Under the pieces are notes generated by a model. That model made no database searches and was not told the DNA's origin. It was given only the letters and a program-made list of their open reading frames with translations. Made by a program: the position numbers and the translations under genes. This document shows, piece by piece, positions 22,324 to 32,000 of a stretch of DNA of 32,000 nt. Within the stretch, counting starts at the first letter, position 1, and the number at the start of each line of letters is the position of its first letter. The DNA lies in the NCBI RefSeq assembly GCF_000146505.1, contig NC_017448.1, forward strand, positions 2,670,001-2,702,000. The letters are read 5' to 3'. The DNA is from Fibrobacter succinogenes subsp. succinogenes S85. Its GTDB lineage: Bacteria; Fibrobacterota; Fibrobacteria; Fibrobacterales; Fibrobacteraceae.

Positions 22324-25300
22324 ATGAACGCTCAAGCACTTTACGATCCGGCCAACGAACACGACGCCTGCGGTGTCGGCCTGGTCGCTAATATTAATAA
22401 TGTTGCCTCGCACCAGATAGTGTTGCAGGGTATCACGGTCTTGAAAAGACTTATGCATCGCGGTGCGGCTGGTGGCGACCCGGAAACGGGTGATGGCGCT
22501 GGCCTTTTGCTTTCTATGCCGCACAAGTTCTTCCGCAAGCTTTATCCGACGCTTCCGGCACGCTATGGCGTTGGCATGTTCTTTGTCGAAAATACGCTTG
22601 AAGCGGAATCCTTTGACGCTAAGATTCGTGAAATTGCCGAAGCTGAAGGCGTGAAGGTTCTCCAGTTCCGCGAAGTTCCGGTAAACCCGACTAAGATTGG
22701 CCGCACGGCTCGCGAAACCTTGCCGCATATTCGTCAGGTGTTCTTTGACGGTTCTGCATTCAGCACGAATGAATCTTTCGACATTAAGCTGTATGTGGTG
22801 CGCCGCTTGATTGAAAAGGCTTGCAAAGGTCTTTACGTCTGCAGCTGCAGCCGCCGTAGCATTGTTTATAAGGGGCTTTTGCTTGCAAGCCAGATTGAAG
22901 GCTTCTACAAGGACTTGAACGATCTCGATTTTGAATCCCCGATTGCACTTGTCCACCAGCGTTATTCTACGAATACGTTCCCGACTTGGCCGCTTGCCCA
23001 TCCGTTCCGTTACCTCGCTCACAACGGCGAAATCAATACGTTGCGCGGTAACCTCAACAGCTTGCGCGCTCGTGAACCGCATTTGAAGAGCTCTGTTATC
23101 GGTGATGACTTGAAGAAGCTTTTGCCGCTCGTTCCGGGTGGTCAGAGTGACTCGGCTAGCCTTGATAATATGTTTGAACTTCTCGTTGCTGCGGGCCGTA
23201 GCCTTCCGCATGCGATGATGATGCTCATGCCGCAGGCCTGGGGCCAGAAGCATTACCTCGGCCGCGATGTGCGTGGCTTCTTTGAATATGAATCCATGCT
23301 CATGGAACCGTGGGATGGTCCGGCTGCTGTCGCGTTCTCCGATGGTGTGAATGCGGGCGCAATCCTTGACCGTAACGGCCTCCGTCCGGCACGTTACACT
23401 TTATGTAAAGATGGCCTCTTCGTGATGGCTTCTGAAACGGGCGTGCTTGACTTGCGCGATGATGAAGTCGAAGAAAAGGGCCGCCTCAAACCAGGTGAAA
23501 TCATCTACCTCGATTTGGAAAACCACCGCATCTTGAAAAATGCCGAAATGAAGGCTCAGGTGGCACGTAGCAAACCTTACCGCCGCTGGGTTGCCGAAAA
23601 CAAGATGAGTGTTCGTGGCCTCTTCAGCGAAATCAATCCGTCTGATGTTCCGGATGATTTGCTCGTACAGCAGAAGCGCTTTGGCTATTCTGCCGAAGAT
23701 TTGTCTGTCATCTTGAAGCCGATGGCCAAAAATGGTGCAGAACCGATCGGCTCCATGGGTAACGATGCCGCTTTGGCCGTGCTTTCGGACAAGCCGCAGC
23801 CGCTGTTCAACTACTTTAAGCAGTTGTTCGCCCAGGTGACGAACCCGCCGATTGACCCGATTCGTGAAGAGCTCGTGATGAGCCTTACGACTTACATCGG
23901 TAACCACGGCAATATTCTTGAAGAAACTCCGGAACAGGCGCACCTCATCAAGATTCCGCGCCCGATCGTGACCGAAGACGAAATCCGCCGCTTTGAAAAC
24001 ATTGGCGATAAGAGCTTCAAGGCTAAGGTGCTCAAGATGCAGTTCCCGCTGGGCGGAAACGGTGAGGTGCTCGAAGCCGCTTTACAGAATTTGGCAGGTG
24101 ATGCTGTGCGTGCTGTGAGCGACGGTTTTGATATCATCGTGCTTTCGGATAAGAACGTGGATTGGGGCTACGTGCCGATGCCTTCGCTTTTGGCAACGGC
24201 TTGCGTGAACCGCACCTTGGTCGAAGCTGGTGTTCGTCCGGAAATCGGTTTGATTGTGCAGTCCGGTGAAGTCCGCGAAGTTATGCACTTTGCTTTGTTG
24301 CTCGGTTACGGTGCAACGGTCATCAACCCGTACCTTGCATTCCAGAGCCTTACCAGCATGTGCCATAGCGGCGACCTGGATGTCGATCCGGTGACGGCTG
24401 CTGCAAACTACGTCAAGGCTGTGGACAAGGGTCTTTTGAAGATCATGTCGAAGATGGGTATCTCGACGCTCCGTAGCTACCGCAGTGCCCAGATCTTTGA
24501 AGCTGTCGGCTTGAACAAGGAACTTGTCGAAAAGTTCTTGCCGGGTACGGCTAGCCGCATCGAAGGTATCGGTCTTGAAGAAATCGCTCGCGAAGTGGGT
24601 GAACGCCAGAATGTCGCATTTGCCGATGCAAGCAAGGTTCTTCAGTCGGGTGGCCAGTACAGCTTCCGCAAGGAAGGCGAAAAGCACTTGTGGACTCCGC
24701 AGTCGCTCGCTACATTCCGCCAGGCTGTGCAGGGTGGCGATTACGAAAAGTTCAAGGCCTACAGCAAGCTCATCAACGACCAATCTGAACGTCAGGCAAC
24801 ATTGCGTGGCCTCTTCAAGTTCAAGCAGACGACTCCGATTGATATCTCTGAAGTCGAATCCCGCGAATCCATTATCCACCACTTTGTGGCAGGCGCTATG
24901 AGCCTTGGCTCCTTGAGCCCAGAAGCCCACGAAACGATTGCTATTGCCATGAACCGCATCGGTGCCATGAGCAACTGCGGTGAAGGTGGTGAAGATCCGG
25001 ACCGCAATACTCCTGCCGCAAACGGTGATATCCGTAGCTCTGCCATTCGCCAGATTGCTTCGGGCCGCTTTGGCGTGACGATTGACTACTTGCGCCATGC
25101 AAAGGACTTGCAGATTAAGATGGCTCAGGGTGCAAAGCCGGGTGAAGGCGGTCAGCTGCCGGCTCACAAGGTGAACGAATTTGTGGCACGAATACGCCAC
25201 TCAATTCCGAACGTGTCCTTGATTTCTCCGCCGCCGCACCATGACATTTACTCCATCGAAGACTTGGCTCAGCTCATTTACGACTTGCGCAATGCAAACC

Positions 25301-26742
25301 CGAAGGCTCGTGTCTCTGTGAAGCTCGTTTCTGAAGTGGGCGTGGGTACGATTGCTGCTGGTGTCGCAAAGGCTCATGCCGACGTGGTGCTCATTTCTGG
25401 CCATGATGGCGGTACGGGTGCTTCTCCGCTTACTTCCATTAAGCATGCTGGTCTTCCGTGGGAACTCGGTATTGCCGAAGCGGAACAGACGCTTGTCCTC
25501 AATGACTTGCGTGGCCGCGTGAAACTCCAGGTCGATGGCCAGCTCAAGACGGGCCGTGACGTGGTGGTCGCAGCCCTCCTCGGTGCCGAAGAATTTGGTT
25601 TTGCAACGAACTTGCTCGTTAGCCTTGGCTGCGTGATGGACCGTAAGTGCCACACGAACCAGTGCCCGATGGGTATTGCAACGCAGGATCCGGAATTCCG
25701 CAAGCGCTTTGCCGGTAAGCCGGAATACGTTGAAAACTTCCTCTACTTCATTGCAGACGAAGTCCGTGAAATTTTGGCAAGCCTTGGCCTGCGTTCTCTC
25801 GAAGAAGCTTGCGGCCGTAGCGACTTGCTTGAACGCGATGAAGCTATTGCCTTCTACAAGGCTCACAACCTTGACTTCTCGAAGATTTTTGAAACCGTCA
25901 ATGGCGGCATCAAGTCTTACGACAAGAACTACGTGAAGGAAGCTCTCGAAAACTTTGACCGTCGTGAACTCTTGCCGTTCGTTAGCGATACGCTCAAGAG
26001 CGGTGCCAATGTGGAACTCTGCACGGTTGTTCACAATACCGACCGTACGGTGGGTACGGAACTTTCCGGTGAAGTTGATGAACACTTTGGCGTGAAGGGT
26101 CTCCCTGAAGATACGATTAAGGTCCACTTGCACGGTGTGGCTGGCCAGAGCTTCGGTGCTTTCCTTGCTCCGGGTGTAACGCTTGACCTCGAAGGTGAAG
26201 CAAACGACTTTATGGGTAAGGGCCTCTCTGGAGGTAAGATTATCGTCCGCCCGCCTAGCAATGCAAGCTTCAAGGCTGAAGACAATGTCATTGCCGGTAA
26301 CGTTATCGGTTACGGTGGAACTTCTGGTAAGATCTTCATCAACGGTCTTGCTGGTGAACGCTTCGGTATCCGTAACTCCGGTATGCTCCTCGTCTCGGAG
26401 GGTGTTGGCGACCATGGTTGCGAATACATGACGGGTGGCCGCGTGGTTGTGCTCGGTCGCGTGGGCGTGAACTTTGCTGCCGGTATGACGGGTGGCTTTG
26501 CTTACGTGTACGACGAAACGGGTCACTTCGACTTGAGCTGTAACGTAGATTCTGTGGACCTTGAAAGTGTGCTCCCGGGTACCGATAGCGAAAAGGAATT
26601 GCTTGATATCATCGGCCAGCATGTGAAGGCTACAGGCAGTGAAAAGGGCAATCGCATTCTTGAAAACTGGAATAGCGAACGTCCGAAATTTGTGAAAATA
26701 TTCCCGGTGGATTACCGCAACGCATTACAGGGGAAGGCATAA
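22324..26742 (+). CDS. gltB: glutamate synthase large subunit
   Basis: 1472 aa with an N-terminal amidotransferase Cys (EHDACGVGLVANI), an FMN/Fe-S central domain and a C-terminal GXGXG beta-helix domain (GNVIGYGGTSGKIFINGLAGERFG). Confidence 0.95.
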   Translation: MNAQALYDPANEHDACGVGLVANINNVASHQIVLQGITVLKRLMHRGAAGGDPETGDGAGLLLSMPHKFFRKLYPTLPARYGVGMFFVENTLEAESFDAKIREIAEAEGVKVLQFREVPVNPTKIGRTARETLPHIRQVFFDGSAFSTNESFDIKLYVVRRLIEKACKGLYVCSCSRRSIVYKGLLLASQIEGFYKDLNDLDFESPIALVHQRYSTNTFPTWPLAHPFRYLAHNGEINTLRGNLNSLRAREPHLKSSVIGDDLKKLLPLVPGGQSDSASLDNMFELLVAAGRSLPHAMMMLMPQAWGQKHYLGRDVRGFFEYESMLMEPWDGPAAVAFSDGVNAGAILDRNGLRPARYTLCKDGLFVMASETGVLDLRDDEVEEKGRLKPGEIIYLDLENHRILKNAEMKAQVARSKPYRRWVAENKMSVRGLFSEINPSDVPDDLLVQQKRFGYSAEDLSVILKPMAKNGAEPIGSMGNDAALAVLSDKPQPLFNYFKQLFAQVTNPPIDPIREELVMSLTTYIGNHGNILEETPEQAHLIKIPRPIVTEDEIRRFENIGDKSFKAKVLKMQFPLGGNGEVLEAALQNLAGDAVRAVSDGFDIIVLSDKNVDWGYVPMPSLLATACVNRTLVEAGVRPEIGLIVQSGEVREVMHFALLLGYGATVINPYLAFQSLTSMCHSGDLDVDPVTAAANYVKAVDKGLLKIMSKMGISTLRSYRSAQIFEAVGLNKELVEKFLPGTASRIEGIGLEEIAREVGERQNVAFADASKVLQSGGQYSFRKEGEKHLWTPQSLATFRQAVQGGDYEKFKAYSKLINDQSERQATLRGLFKFKQTTPIDISEVESRESIIHHFVAGAMSLGSLSPEAHETIAIAMNRIGAMSNCGEGGEDPDRNTPAANGDIRSSAIRQIASGRFGVTIDYLRHAKDLQIKMAQGAKPGEGGQLPAHKVNEFVARIRHSIPNVSLISPPPHHDIYSIEDLAQLIYDLRNANPKARVSVKLVSEVGVGTIAAGVAKAHADVVLISGHDGGTGASPLTSIKHAGLPWELGIAEAEQTLVLNDLRGRVKLQVDGQLKTGRDVVVAALLGAEEFGFATNLLVSLGCVMDRKCHTNQCPMGIATQDPEFRKRFAGKPEYVENFLYFIADEVREILASLGLRSLEEACGRSDLLERDEAIAFYKAHNLDFSKIFETVNGGIKSYDKNYVKEALENFDRRELLPFVSDTLKSGANVELCTVVHNTDRTVGTELSGEVDEHFGVKGLPEDTIKVHLHGVAGQSFGAFLAPGVTLDLEGEANDFMGKGLSGGKIIVRPPSNASFKAEDNVIAGNVIGYGGTSGKIFINGLAGERFGIRNSGMLLVSEGVGDHGCEYMTGGRVVVLGRVGVNFAAGMTGGFAYVYDETGHFDLSCNVDSVDLESVLPGTDSEKELLDIIGQHVKATGSEKGNRILENWNSERPKFVKIFPVDYRNALQGKA

Positions 26743-28106
26743 TGGAACAGGTGAAACGCATACAAGATGTCTACCGCCCTGTTGAAGAGCGCGTCAAGGA
26801 CAACAAGGAAGTTGAACGTAAACTCACTTCTATTGAAGTGGTAAACCAGGCGGGCCGTTGCCATAGTTGCGGCATTCCGTTCTGTCATGGTGCGGGTTGC
26901 CCTCTCGGAAACCTTGTGCCGGAATTCAATGCAGCAGTCGCTTTAGGAAATGCGGAACGTGCTTACGACATTATCAGTAAGACCGCGTTCTTCCCGGAAT
27001 TTACGGGCCGTGTTTGCCCCGCACTTTGCGAATCTGCTTGCACGGGCAATGTCCATAACGATCCGGTGATGGTCCGCCAGATTGAAAAGTTCATTATCGA
27101 GACCGCTTTTGAAGAAGGCCGTGTGGTGCTCCCCGAAGCGGAACCGAATGGCAAGACGGCGGCAGTGATTGGCTCTGGCCCTGCCGGGCTCTTTGCTGCC
27201 GAAGCGCTGCGTCGTAAGGGCTTTGCTGTCACGGTTTACGAAAAGCGTGAAAAGGCCGGTGGCCTGTTGCGCTACGGTATTCCGAACTGGAAACTCGACA
27301 AGTCTGTGATTGACCGCCGCGTGGCTTTGCTTGAAACTGCTGGAATTAAGTTTGTCTATAATACCGAAATCGGTAAGGATATTGCTGCGGAATACATCCA
27401 CAAGAATTTTGACGAAGTCTTCCTTGCAATTGGTACACCGAATGCCCGTGACCTTAAAATCCCGGGCCGCGATGCCGAAGGCATTTTCCTTGCTCTCGAC
27501 TTCTTGCATGGTGCCGAAAAACCGGGCGAGACGAATCCGGAAAAGTTCTCCGCCAAGGGCCGCAAGGTGCTCGTGATTGGCGGTGGCGATACGGGTAACG
27601 ACTGTGTCGGTAAGGCCATTCGTGAAGGTTGCGAAAGCGTTTTGCAGGTGGAATTCATGCCGAAGCCGCCTGAGGAACGTTCTCCGTCCACTCCGTGGCC
27701 GGATTGGCCATATATGTTGCGTACAAGCTATGCACAGCATGAAGGTGGTGAACGTCGCTGGAATGTGTCGTCTAAGCAGTTTATTGTGAAAGACGGTCGC
27801 GTTGCCGGTGTCGAAGCGGTTCGCGTGGAATGGGAAATGTCCCCACAGGGTCGTCCGCTCAAGCCGAACGAAGTCCCGAATTCGACCGAAGTCATCGATA
27901 CAGATTTGGTGGTGCTCGCCATGGGCTTTACCGGTGTGCCTGCCGAAGGTATCGTGAACGATCTCGGACTTTCGCTCACTCCGCGTACGGCGATTATCCA
28001 GGATCCGGCCCGACATATCTATGCAGTTGGCGACTGTGCCAATGGAGCCTCCCTTGTGGTGCGCGCCATGGCCGATGCCAAGGCAAAAGTTGCTACAATT
28101 AAGTAG
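26742..28106 (+). CDS. gltD: glutamate synthase small subunit (NAD(P)H-dependent oxidoreductase)
   Basis: Fe-S Cys clusters (CHSCGIPFCH, CPALCESAC) and dinucleotide folds (AVIGSGPAGL, VLVIGGGDTGNDC). The start overlaps the gltB stop (TAATG). Confidence 0.92.
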   Translation: MEQVKRIQDVYRPVEERVKDNKEVERKLTSIEVVNQAGRCHSCGIPFCHGAGCPLGNLVPEFNAAVALGNAERAYDIISKTAFFPEFTGRVCPALCESACTGNVHNDPVMVRQIEKFIIETAFEEGRVVLPEAEPNGKTAAVIGSGPAGLFAAEALRRKGFAVTVYEKREKAGGLLRYGIPNWKLDKSVIDRRVALLETAGIKFVYNTEIGKDIAAEYIHKNFDEVFLAIGTPNARDLKIPGRDAEGIFLALDFLHGAEKPGETNPEKFSAKGRKVLVIGGGDTGNDCVGKAIREGCESVLQVEFMPKPPEERSPSTPWPDWPYMLRTSYAQHEGGERRWNVSSKQFIVKDGRVAGVEAVRVEWEMSPQGRPLKPNEVPNSTEVIDTDLVVLAMGFTGVPAEGIVNDLGLSLTPRTAIIQDPARHIYAVGDCANGASLVVRAMADAKAKVATIK

Positions 28107-28130
28107 CGGAGTTTTATAACCAAAAAAGAT

Positions 28131-30125
28131 ATGTTTGGATTCTATCGATTTGCGAGCGTTTCCCCGGTCTTGAAGGTGGCCGATACGGCCTACAATACCG
28201 AGGAAATCATCAAAAGTGCGAAGGAAGCTGCCTCTAACGGGGCGGCTTTTGTCGTATTCCCGGAACTGTGCATTACGGGTTACACGTGTAGCGACCTGTT
28301 CCATCAGGAACTGCTGTTGCAAAATAGCTTTAACGCTTTATTGAAAATCGCGGGTGCTTTTGCCGATAGCGATGTTGTTCTTGCCGTGGGACTTCCGTTG
28401 CGAATGTTCGGGCGCTTGTACAACTGTGCCGCGTTCTTGCAACATGGTAAGCTCATTGCAGTGACGCCCAAGATTCATTTGCCGAACCAGCGTGAATTCT
28501 ATGAGAAACGCCATTTCTCGAGCGGTCGCGACTTGTTGCGTGGTGCCGTTGGCGGCTCTGTTGGAGCAATCCGTTGCTATTTCGATGGCGTTGGCGAAGT
28601 GCCGGTGACAAATTACTTTACCGTAAAGTGTGGTGCGCTTGGTCAAAACGGCAGCGAATGCGCGGGTTCCGAAGTTCGCGTTGGCGTTGAACTTTGCGAG
28701 GACTTGTGGACGCCTGTACCGCCGAGTGGTGAACTTGCACTTGCCGGTGCAAATGTAATTGTGAATTTGTCGGCAAGCGATGCTCTCGTGGGCAAGCGCG
28801 ATTACCGCAGGAATCTTGTATTGAATCAGTCGGCAAGATGCATGGCTGCCTATGTGTATGCATCGGCAGGCGTTCACGAATCGACAACGGATATGGTCTT
28901 TAGCGGTCACTTGATGATTGCCGAAAACGGTTCGTTGATTGCCGAAAGTAAGCCGTTCTCGCGCGAAACGGAAATCGTCTATGCAGATGTTGATGTCGAA
29001 CGCTTGAATATGCAACGCCTGAGCGAAGGCTCGTTCCAGGATTTCGATAGCCGAGAAATTGTAGCGCGTGCCGCAAGTTTTGATGGCCTGCGTGCTGTCG
29101 AAAAACTGCAATACCGATTTGTTTCTCCGATGCCATTTGTGCCGGGCTCTCTAGAATCTCGCGATCAGTCTTGCACTGAGATTTTCAATATCCAGTGTGC
29201 AGGTCTTGCGAAACGTCTGGAAGCTTCGCGCTCCAAGCGTGCTGTGATTGGACTTTCGGGCGGTCTTGATTCGACGCTTGCATTGCTTGTTGTTGCAGAA
29301 ACATTCAAGTTGCTGAAACGCCCTGCGTTGGAAATCTTGTCGCTCACGATGCCCGGATTCGGAACGACGAAGCGCACGAAGAATAATGCTGTTTTGCTTG
29401 CGGAGCTTTTGGGCGTTGAACTGCGGACTGTAAGCATCAAGGATGCGTGCCTCCAACATTTCAAGGATATCGGCCATGACCCGCAAAAGCTTGACGTGAC
29501 TTATGAGAATGTCCAGGCGCGCGAACGCACGCAGATTCTGATGGATGTCGCGAATGGCGAAGGCGGAATTGTGATAGGAACGGGCGACCTTTCCGAGATT
29601 GCGCTTGGCTGGAGCACGTACAATGCCGATCACATGTCAATGTATGCGGTCAACTGCGATATTCCCAAGACGCTTGTGCGCCATATCGTACACTGGTATG
29701 CGGACAACTCGCTGAAGTTTAGTGCCGATGCAAAAACGGCTATGGAATTGAAGAAAGTCTTGTACGACATTCTCGATACGCCAGTGTCACCGGAACTTTT
29801 GCCTGCCGATGATAATGGACAAATTGCGCAGAAGACCGAAAGCATTTTGGGCGCATACGAAATCCACGATTTCTTCCTCTATCATTTTGCCAAGTATGGT
29901 GCAACTCCGCAAAAACTTTTGTTCCTTGCGAAATACGCATTTGCGGGCAAGTTTACGGATGAAGAAATTGAAAAGGCGCTTACAGTCTTTGTGCGTCGAT
30001 TCTTTACGCAACAATTCAAGCGGAGTTGCATTCCGGATGGCCCGAAGGTCGGAACGATTTCACTTTCGCCCCGTGCGGACTGGCGCATGCCAAGTGACGC
30101 AAGTTTTGCGGACTGGCTGAAATAA
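28131..30125 (+). CDS. nadE: glutamine-dependent NAD+ synthetase (long form: CN-hydrolase domain plus NAD synthase domain)
   Basis: N-terminal nitrilase-like domain (VVFPELCITGY, catalytic region VELCEDLW), C-terminal ATP-PPase motif (GLSGGLDSTL) and 664 aa length. It starts 24 nt after gltD, so it is probably in the same operon. Confidence 0.9.
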   Translation: MFGFYRFASVSPVLKVADTAYNTEEIIKSAKEAASNGAAFVVFPELCITGYTCSDLFHQELLLQNSFNALLKIAGAFADSDVVLAVGLPLRMFGRLYNCAAFLQHGKLIAVTPKIHLPNQREFYEKRHFSSGRDLLRGAVGGSVGAIRCYFDGVGEVPVTNYFTVKCGALGQNGSECAGSEVRVGVELCEDLWTPVPPSGELALAGANVIVNLSASDALVGKRDYRRNLVLNQSARCMAAYVYASAGVHESTTDMVFSGHLMIAENGSLIAESKPFSRETEIVYADVDVERLNMQRLSEGSFQDFDSREIVARAASFDGLRAVEKLQYRFVSPMPFVPGSLESRDQSCTEIFNIQCAGLAKRLEASRSKRAVIGLSGGLDSTLALLVVAETFKLLKRPALEILSLTMPGFGTTKRTKNNAVLLAELLGVELRTVSIKDACLQHFKDIGHDPQKLDVTYENVQARERTQILMDVANGEGGIVIGTGDLSEIALGWSTYNADHMSMYAVNCDIPKTLVRHIVHWYADNSLKFSADAKTAMELKKVLYDILDTPVSPELLPADDNGQIAQKTESILGAYEIHDFFLYHFAKYGATPQKLLFLAKYAFAGKFTDEEIEKALTVFVRRFFTQQFKRSCIPDGPKVGTISLSPRADWRMPSDASFADWLK

Positions 30126-30166
30126 TTCTCGCTATTAGTTCACTCGCTATTAATTCAAAAAAATAA

Positions 30167-30192
30167 GTGCCGCCTTTGCGCGGCATTTTTCG
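30167..30192 (+). terminator. intrinsic terminator after nadE
   Basis: TGCCGC (30168-73) pairs with GCGGCA (30180-85) and is followed by TTTTTCGTTT. An A run lies upstream. Confidence 0.65.
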
Positions 30193-30234
30193 TTTGAATC
30201 CTGTTTGACAATTTGACGTTCTCGTTGCAAACGT

Positions 30235-30260
30235 AAAACCCCGGAACATTTGTTCCGGGG
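30235..30260 (-). terminator. intrinsic terminator after amtB (minus strand)
   Basis: CCCCGGAAC (30239-47) pairs with GTTCCGGGG (30252-60). On the minus strand TTTTACG follows. Confidence 0.75.
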
Positions 30261-30284
30261 TACTTTAGTCAACAGAGATACTTT

Positions 30285-30356
30285 TTAGTTGGTAGAACTT
30301 AGTTGGCAGAGCTTAGTTGGCAGAACTTAAAGAGAAAGCTTTGTTCTAAGTTCTAA
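30285..30356. repeat. 14-mer tandem repeat (TTAGTTGGCAGAAC x3) plus inverted heptamers (GTTCTAA x2) just downstream of the amtB stop
   Basis: TTAGTTGGTAGAAC, TTAGTTGGCAGAGC and TTAGTTGGCAGAAC span 30285-30326, and GTTCTAAGTTCTAA lies at 30343-30356. They share the GAACTTAGTTGGC core with the reverse complement of 17981-18000. Confidence 0.85.
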
Positions 30357-30359
30357 ATA

Positions 30360-31625
30360 CTACATGTTGCTGAAGATTTGGAATCCGCTGTAAGCTTCTT
30401 GACCGTGTTCAGCTTGGTCAAGGCCGCGAAGTTCTTGCTTTTCAGTCACGCGGAGGCCCATGGTCTTCTTGATGATGAAGAAGATGAGGCTTGCGGCAGC
30501 GAAGCACGGGACAGCGTAGGCGAGGACACCAACAGCCTGAGTGCCGAGCGTGTAGTCACCGGTGATATCGAAGATACCGACAGCGAGCGTACCCCAGACA
30601 CCGTTTACGAGGTGAACAGAGAGAGCACCGACCGGGTCATCCAAGTGCAAGCGGTCGAACATGAAGACTGCACCGACGACGAGCACACCAGCGATTGCAC
30701 CGATAATCCAGGAAGAAAGCGGGGTCACGACGTCTGCACCAGCGGTGATAGCGACGAGACCGGCAAGGCATCCGTTGAGGGCCATGGTGGCGTCCGGCTT
30801 CTTGGAAACGATCCAGCTTGTAAGCGTTGCGGTGATGATGCCTGCGACAGCAGCGAGGTTCGTGGTCACGAGAATCCAGCTAGTAGCCTTCGGGTCGCCG
30901 TTAAGAGCAGAACCGGCGTTGAATCCCCACCAACCGAACCAGAGCATGAACACACCGATTGTTGCAAGCGGAATGTTGTGAGCCGGGATAGCGTGAACCT
31001 TGCCGCCGACATACTTACCGATACGCGGTCCGAGAATCATGACGCCAGCGAGAGCTGCCCAACCACCCACAGAGTGGACGAGGGTAGAACCGGCGAGGTC
31101 GTGGAAACCGTGAGCACCGAAGGTGGAGAGCCAGCCGCCGCCCCATGTCCAGCTACCGACAACCGGGTAGACGAGAGCCACGTAGGCGATGGTGAAAACG
31201 AGGAAGGAGTTGAGCTTCACACGTTCAGCAACGGCACCAGAGACAATCGTTGCTGCGGTTGCAGCAAACATTGCCTGGAACAGCCAGTCCGTGAACAGAG
31301 TGAAGTGTCCGTTGTAGGCGGCAGTGAAGTTTGCCGGATTTGCCCAGTCGCCAATGCCGAAGCCTGCGAAACCGAGAATGCCGTTGAATGTACCCGGGTA
31401 CATAAGGCCAAAGCCGAGCAAGGCGTACATCGTGATACCGATTGCCGGCACGGCGATGTTTTTGAAGGCGACGTTTGCAGAGCACTTAGCACGCACAAGG
31501 CCTGCTTCGACACATGCAAATCCGAGACCCATGATGAACACCAACATGGCGCTGATCATGATCCAAATGTTTTCCGTCATAAAGATGGCGTCGTTGACGG
31601 TTGCGACTGTTGCTACTTCGTTCAT
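30360..31625 (-). CDS. amtB: ammonium transporter (Amt family)
   Basis: 421 aa with 11-12 TM segments and Amt signatures (DLAGSTLVHSVGGWAALAGVMILGPRIG, FGWWGFNAGS, HLVNGVWGTLAVGIF). Confidence 0.93.
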   Translation of the reverse strand: MNEVATVATVNDAIFMTENIWIMISAMLVFIMGLGFACVEAGLVRAKCSANVAFKNIAVPAIGITMYALLGFGLMYPGTFNGILGFAGFGIGDWANPANFTAAYNGHFTLFTDWLFQAMFAATAATIVSGAVAERVKLNSFLVFTIAYVALVYPVVGSWTWGGGWLSTFGAHGFHDLAGSTLVHSVGGWAALAGVMILGPRIGKYVGGKVHAIPAHNIPLATIGVFMLWFGWWGFNAGSALNGDPKATSWILVTTNLAAVAGIITATLTSWIVSKKPDATMALNGCLAGLVAITAGADVVTPLSSWIIGAIAGVLVVGAVFMFDRLHLDDPVGALSVHLVNGVWGTLAVGIFDITGDYTLGTQAVGVLAYAVPCFAAASLIFFIIKKTMGLRVTEKQELRGLDQAEHGQEAYSGFQIFSNM

Positions 31626-31680
31626 TTGTTAAATCCTTTTTGAAAATTTTAGTTTCTAATTCTGAATTCCTGATTCCGAA

Positions 31681-32000
31681 TTAACCAATCGCCTCCGGGC
31701 CAGTTTCGCCCGTGCGGATGCGAACGCACTGTTCAAGCGACGTGACGAAAATCTTTCCATCGCCGATTTCTCCCGTGCGTGCGCCCTTGATGATGGCGTC
31801 GATGCAGGGCTTTACGAATTCGTCGTTCACTGCAATCTTGAGACAAATTTTCTTCAGCAAATTAACTTCGGTAACAACGCCACGGAAACGTTGGTTGTAA
31901 CCCTTCTGCTGGCCGCAGCCAAGTACGTTAGTGACGGACATCTTGTAGATCTTGTTCTCGTATAGCGATTGCTTTACGCTATTGAGCTTTTCTGGTTGAA
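31681..32000 (-). CDS. glnK: P-II nitrogen regulatory protein (5' end outside window)
   Basis: The frame stays open to the window edge: ...[40 protein letters not shown]...[27 protein letters not shown]. This includes the T-loop and C-terminal P-II motifs. The gene lies directly upstream of amtB. Confidence 0.88.
   Translation of the reverse strand, partial: QPEKLNSVKQSLYENKIYKMSVTNVLGCGQQKGYNQRFRGVVTEVNLLKKICLKIAVNDEFVKPCIDAIIKGARTGEIGDGKIFVTSLEQCVRIRTGETGPEAIG

Overview
The window looks like Fibrobacter (FCB-group) chromosome. That call is an inference from a Fibrobacter-succinogenes-major-paralogous-domain (FISUMP) protein, GH8 and CE4 enzymes with T9SS-like C-terminal tails, a type III glutamine synthetase and roughly 50% GC. 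Core content, left to right: a hybrid histidine kinase (5' end cut by the window), GH8 endoglucanase, CE4 deacetylase, MFS sugar porter, type-2 ileS, dapF-dapL, a GAF/sigma-54 activator, glnA (GSIII), gltB-gltD-nadE, and amtB with glnK (partial). The nitrogen genes carry three textbook sigma-54 promoters. Each has an identically spaced pair of TTTACA-N5-TGTAAA palindromes upstream. The unusual part is the region downstream of ileS (about 10.29-14.55 kb). The last ~190 codons of ileS occur twice, and two alternative extreme C-terminal tails (A and B) are stacked as orphan fragments starting within 0-2 nt of each stop codon. A visibly AT-rich cargo island of about 2.4 kb sits between the two copies, which start about 3.3 kb apart. 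It carries an XRE switch with four palindromic operators, a small beta-repeat protein, a signal-peptide-less FISUMP protein and a GIY-YIG nuclease, but no recombinase. Three copies of a 73-76 nt structured element with extensive compensatory base changes are each inserted after the second base of a GAA codon of ileS-derived sequence. I do not recognise this element or this architecture as a described system. No rRNA, tRNA or CRISPR array was seen.
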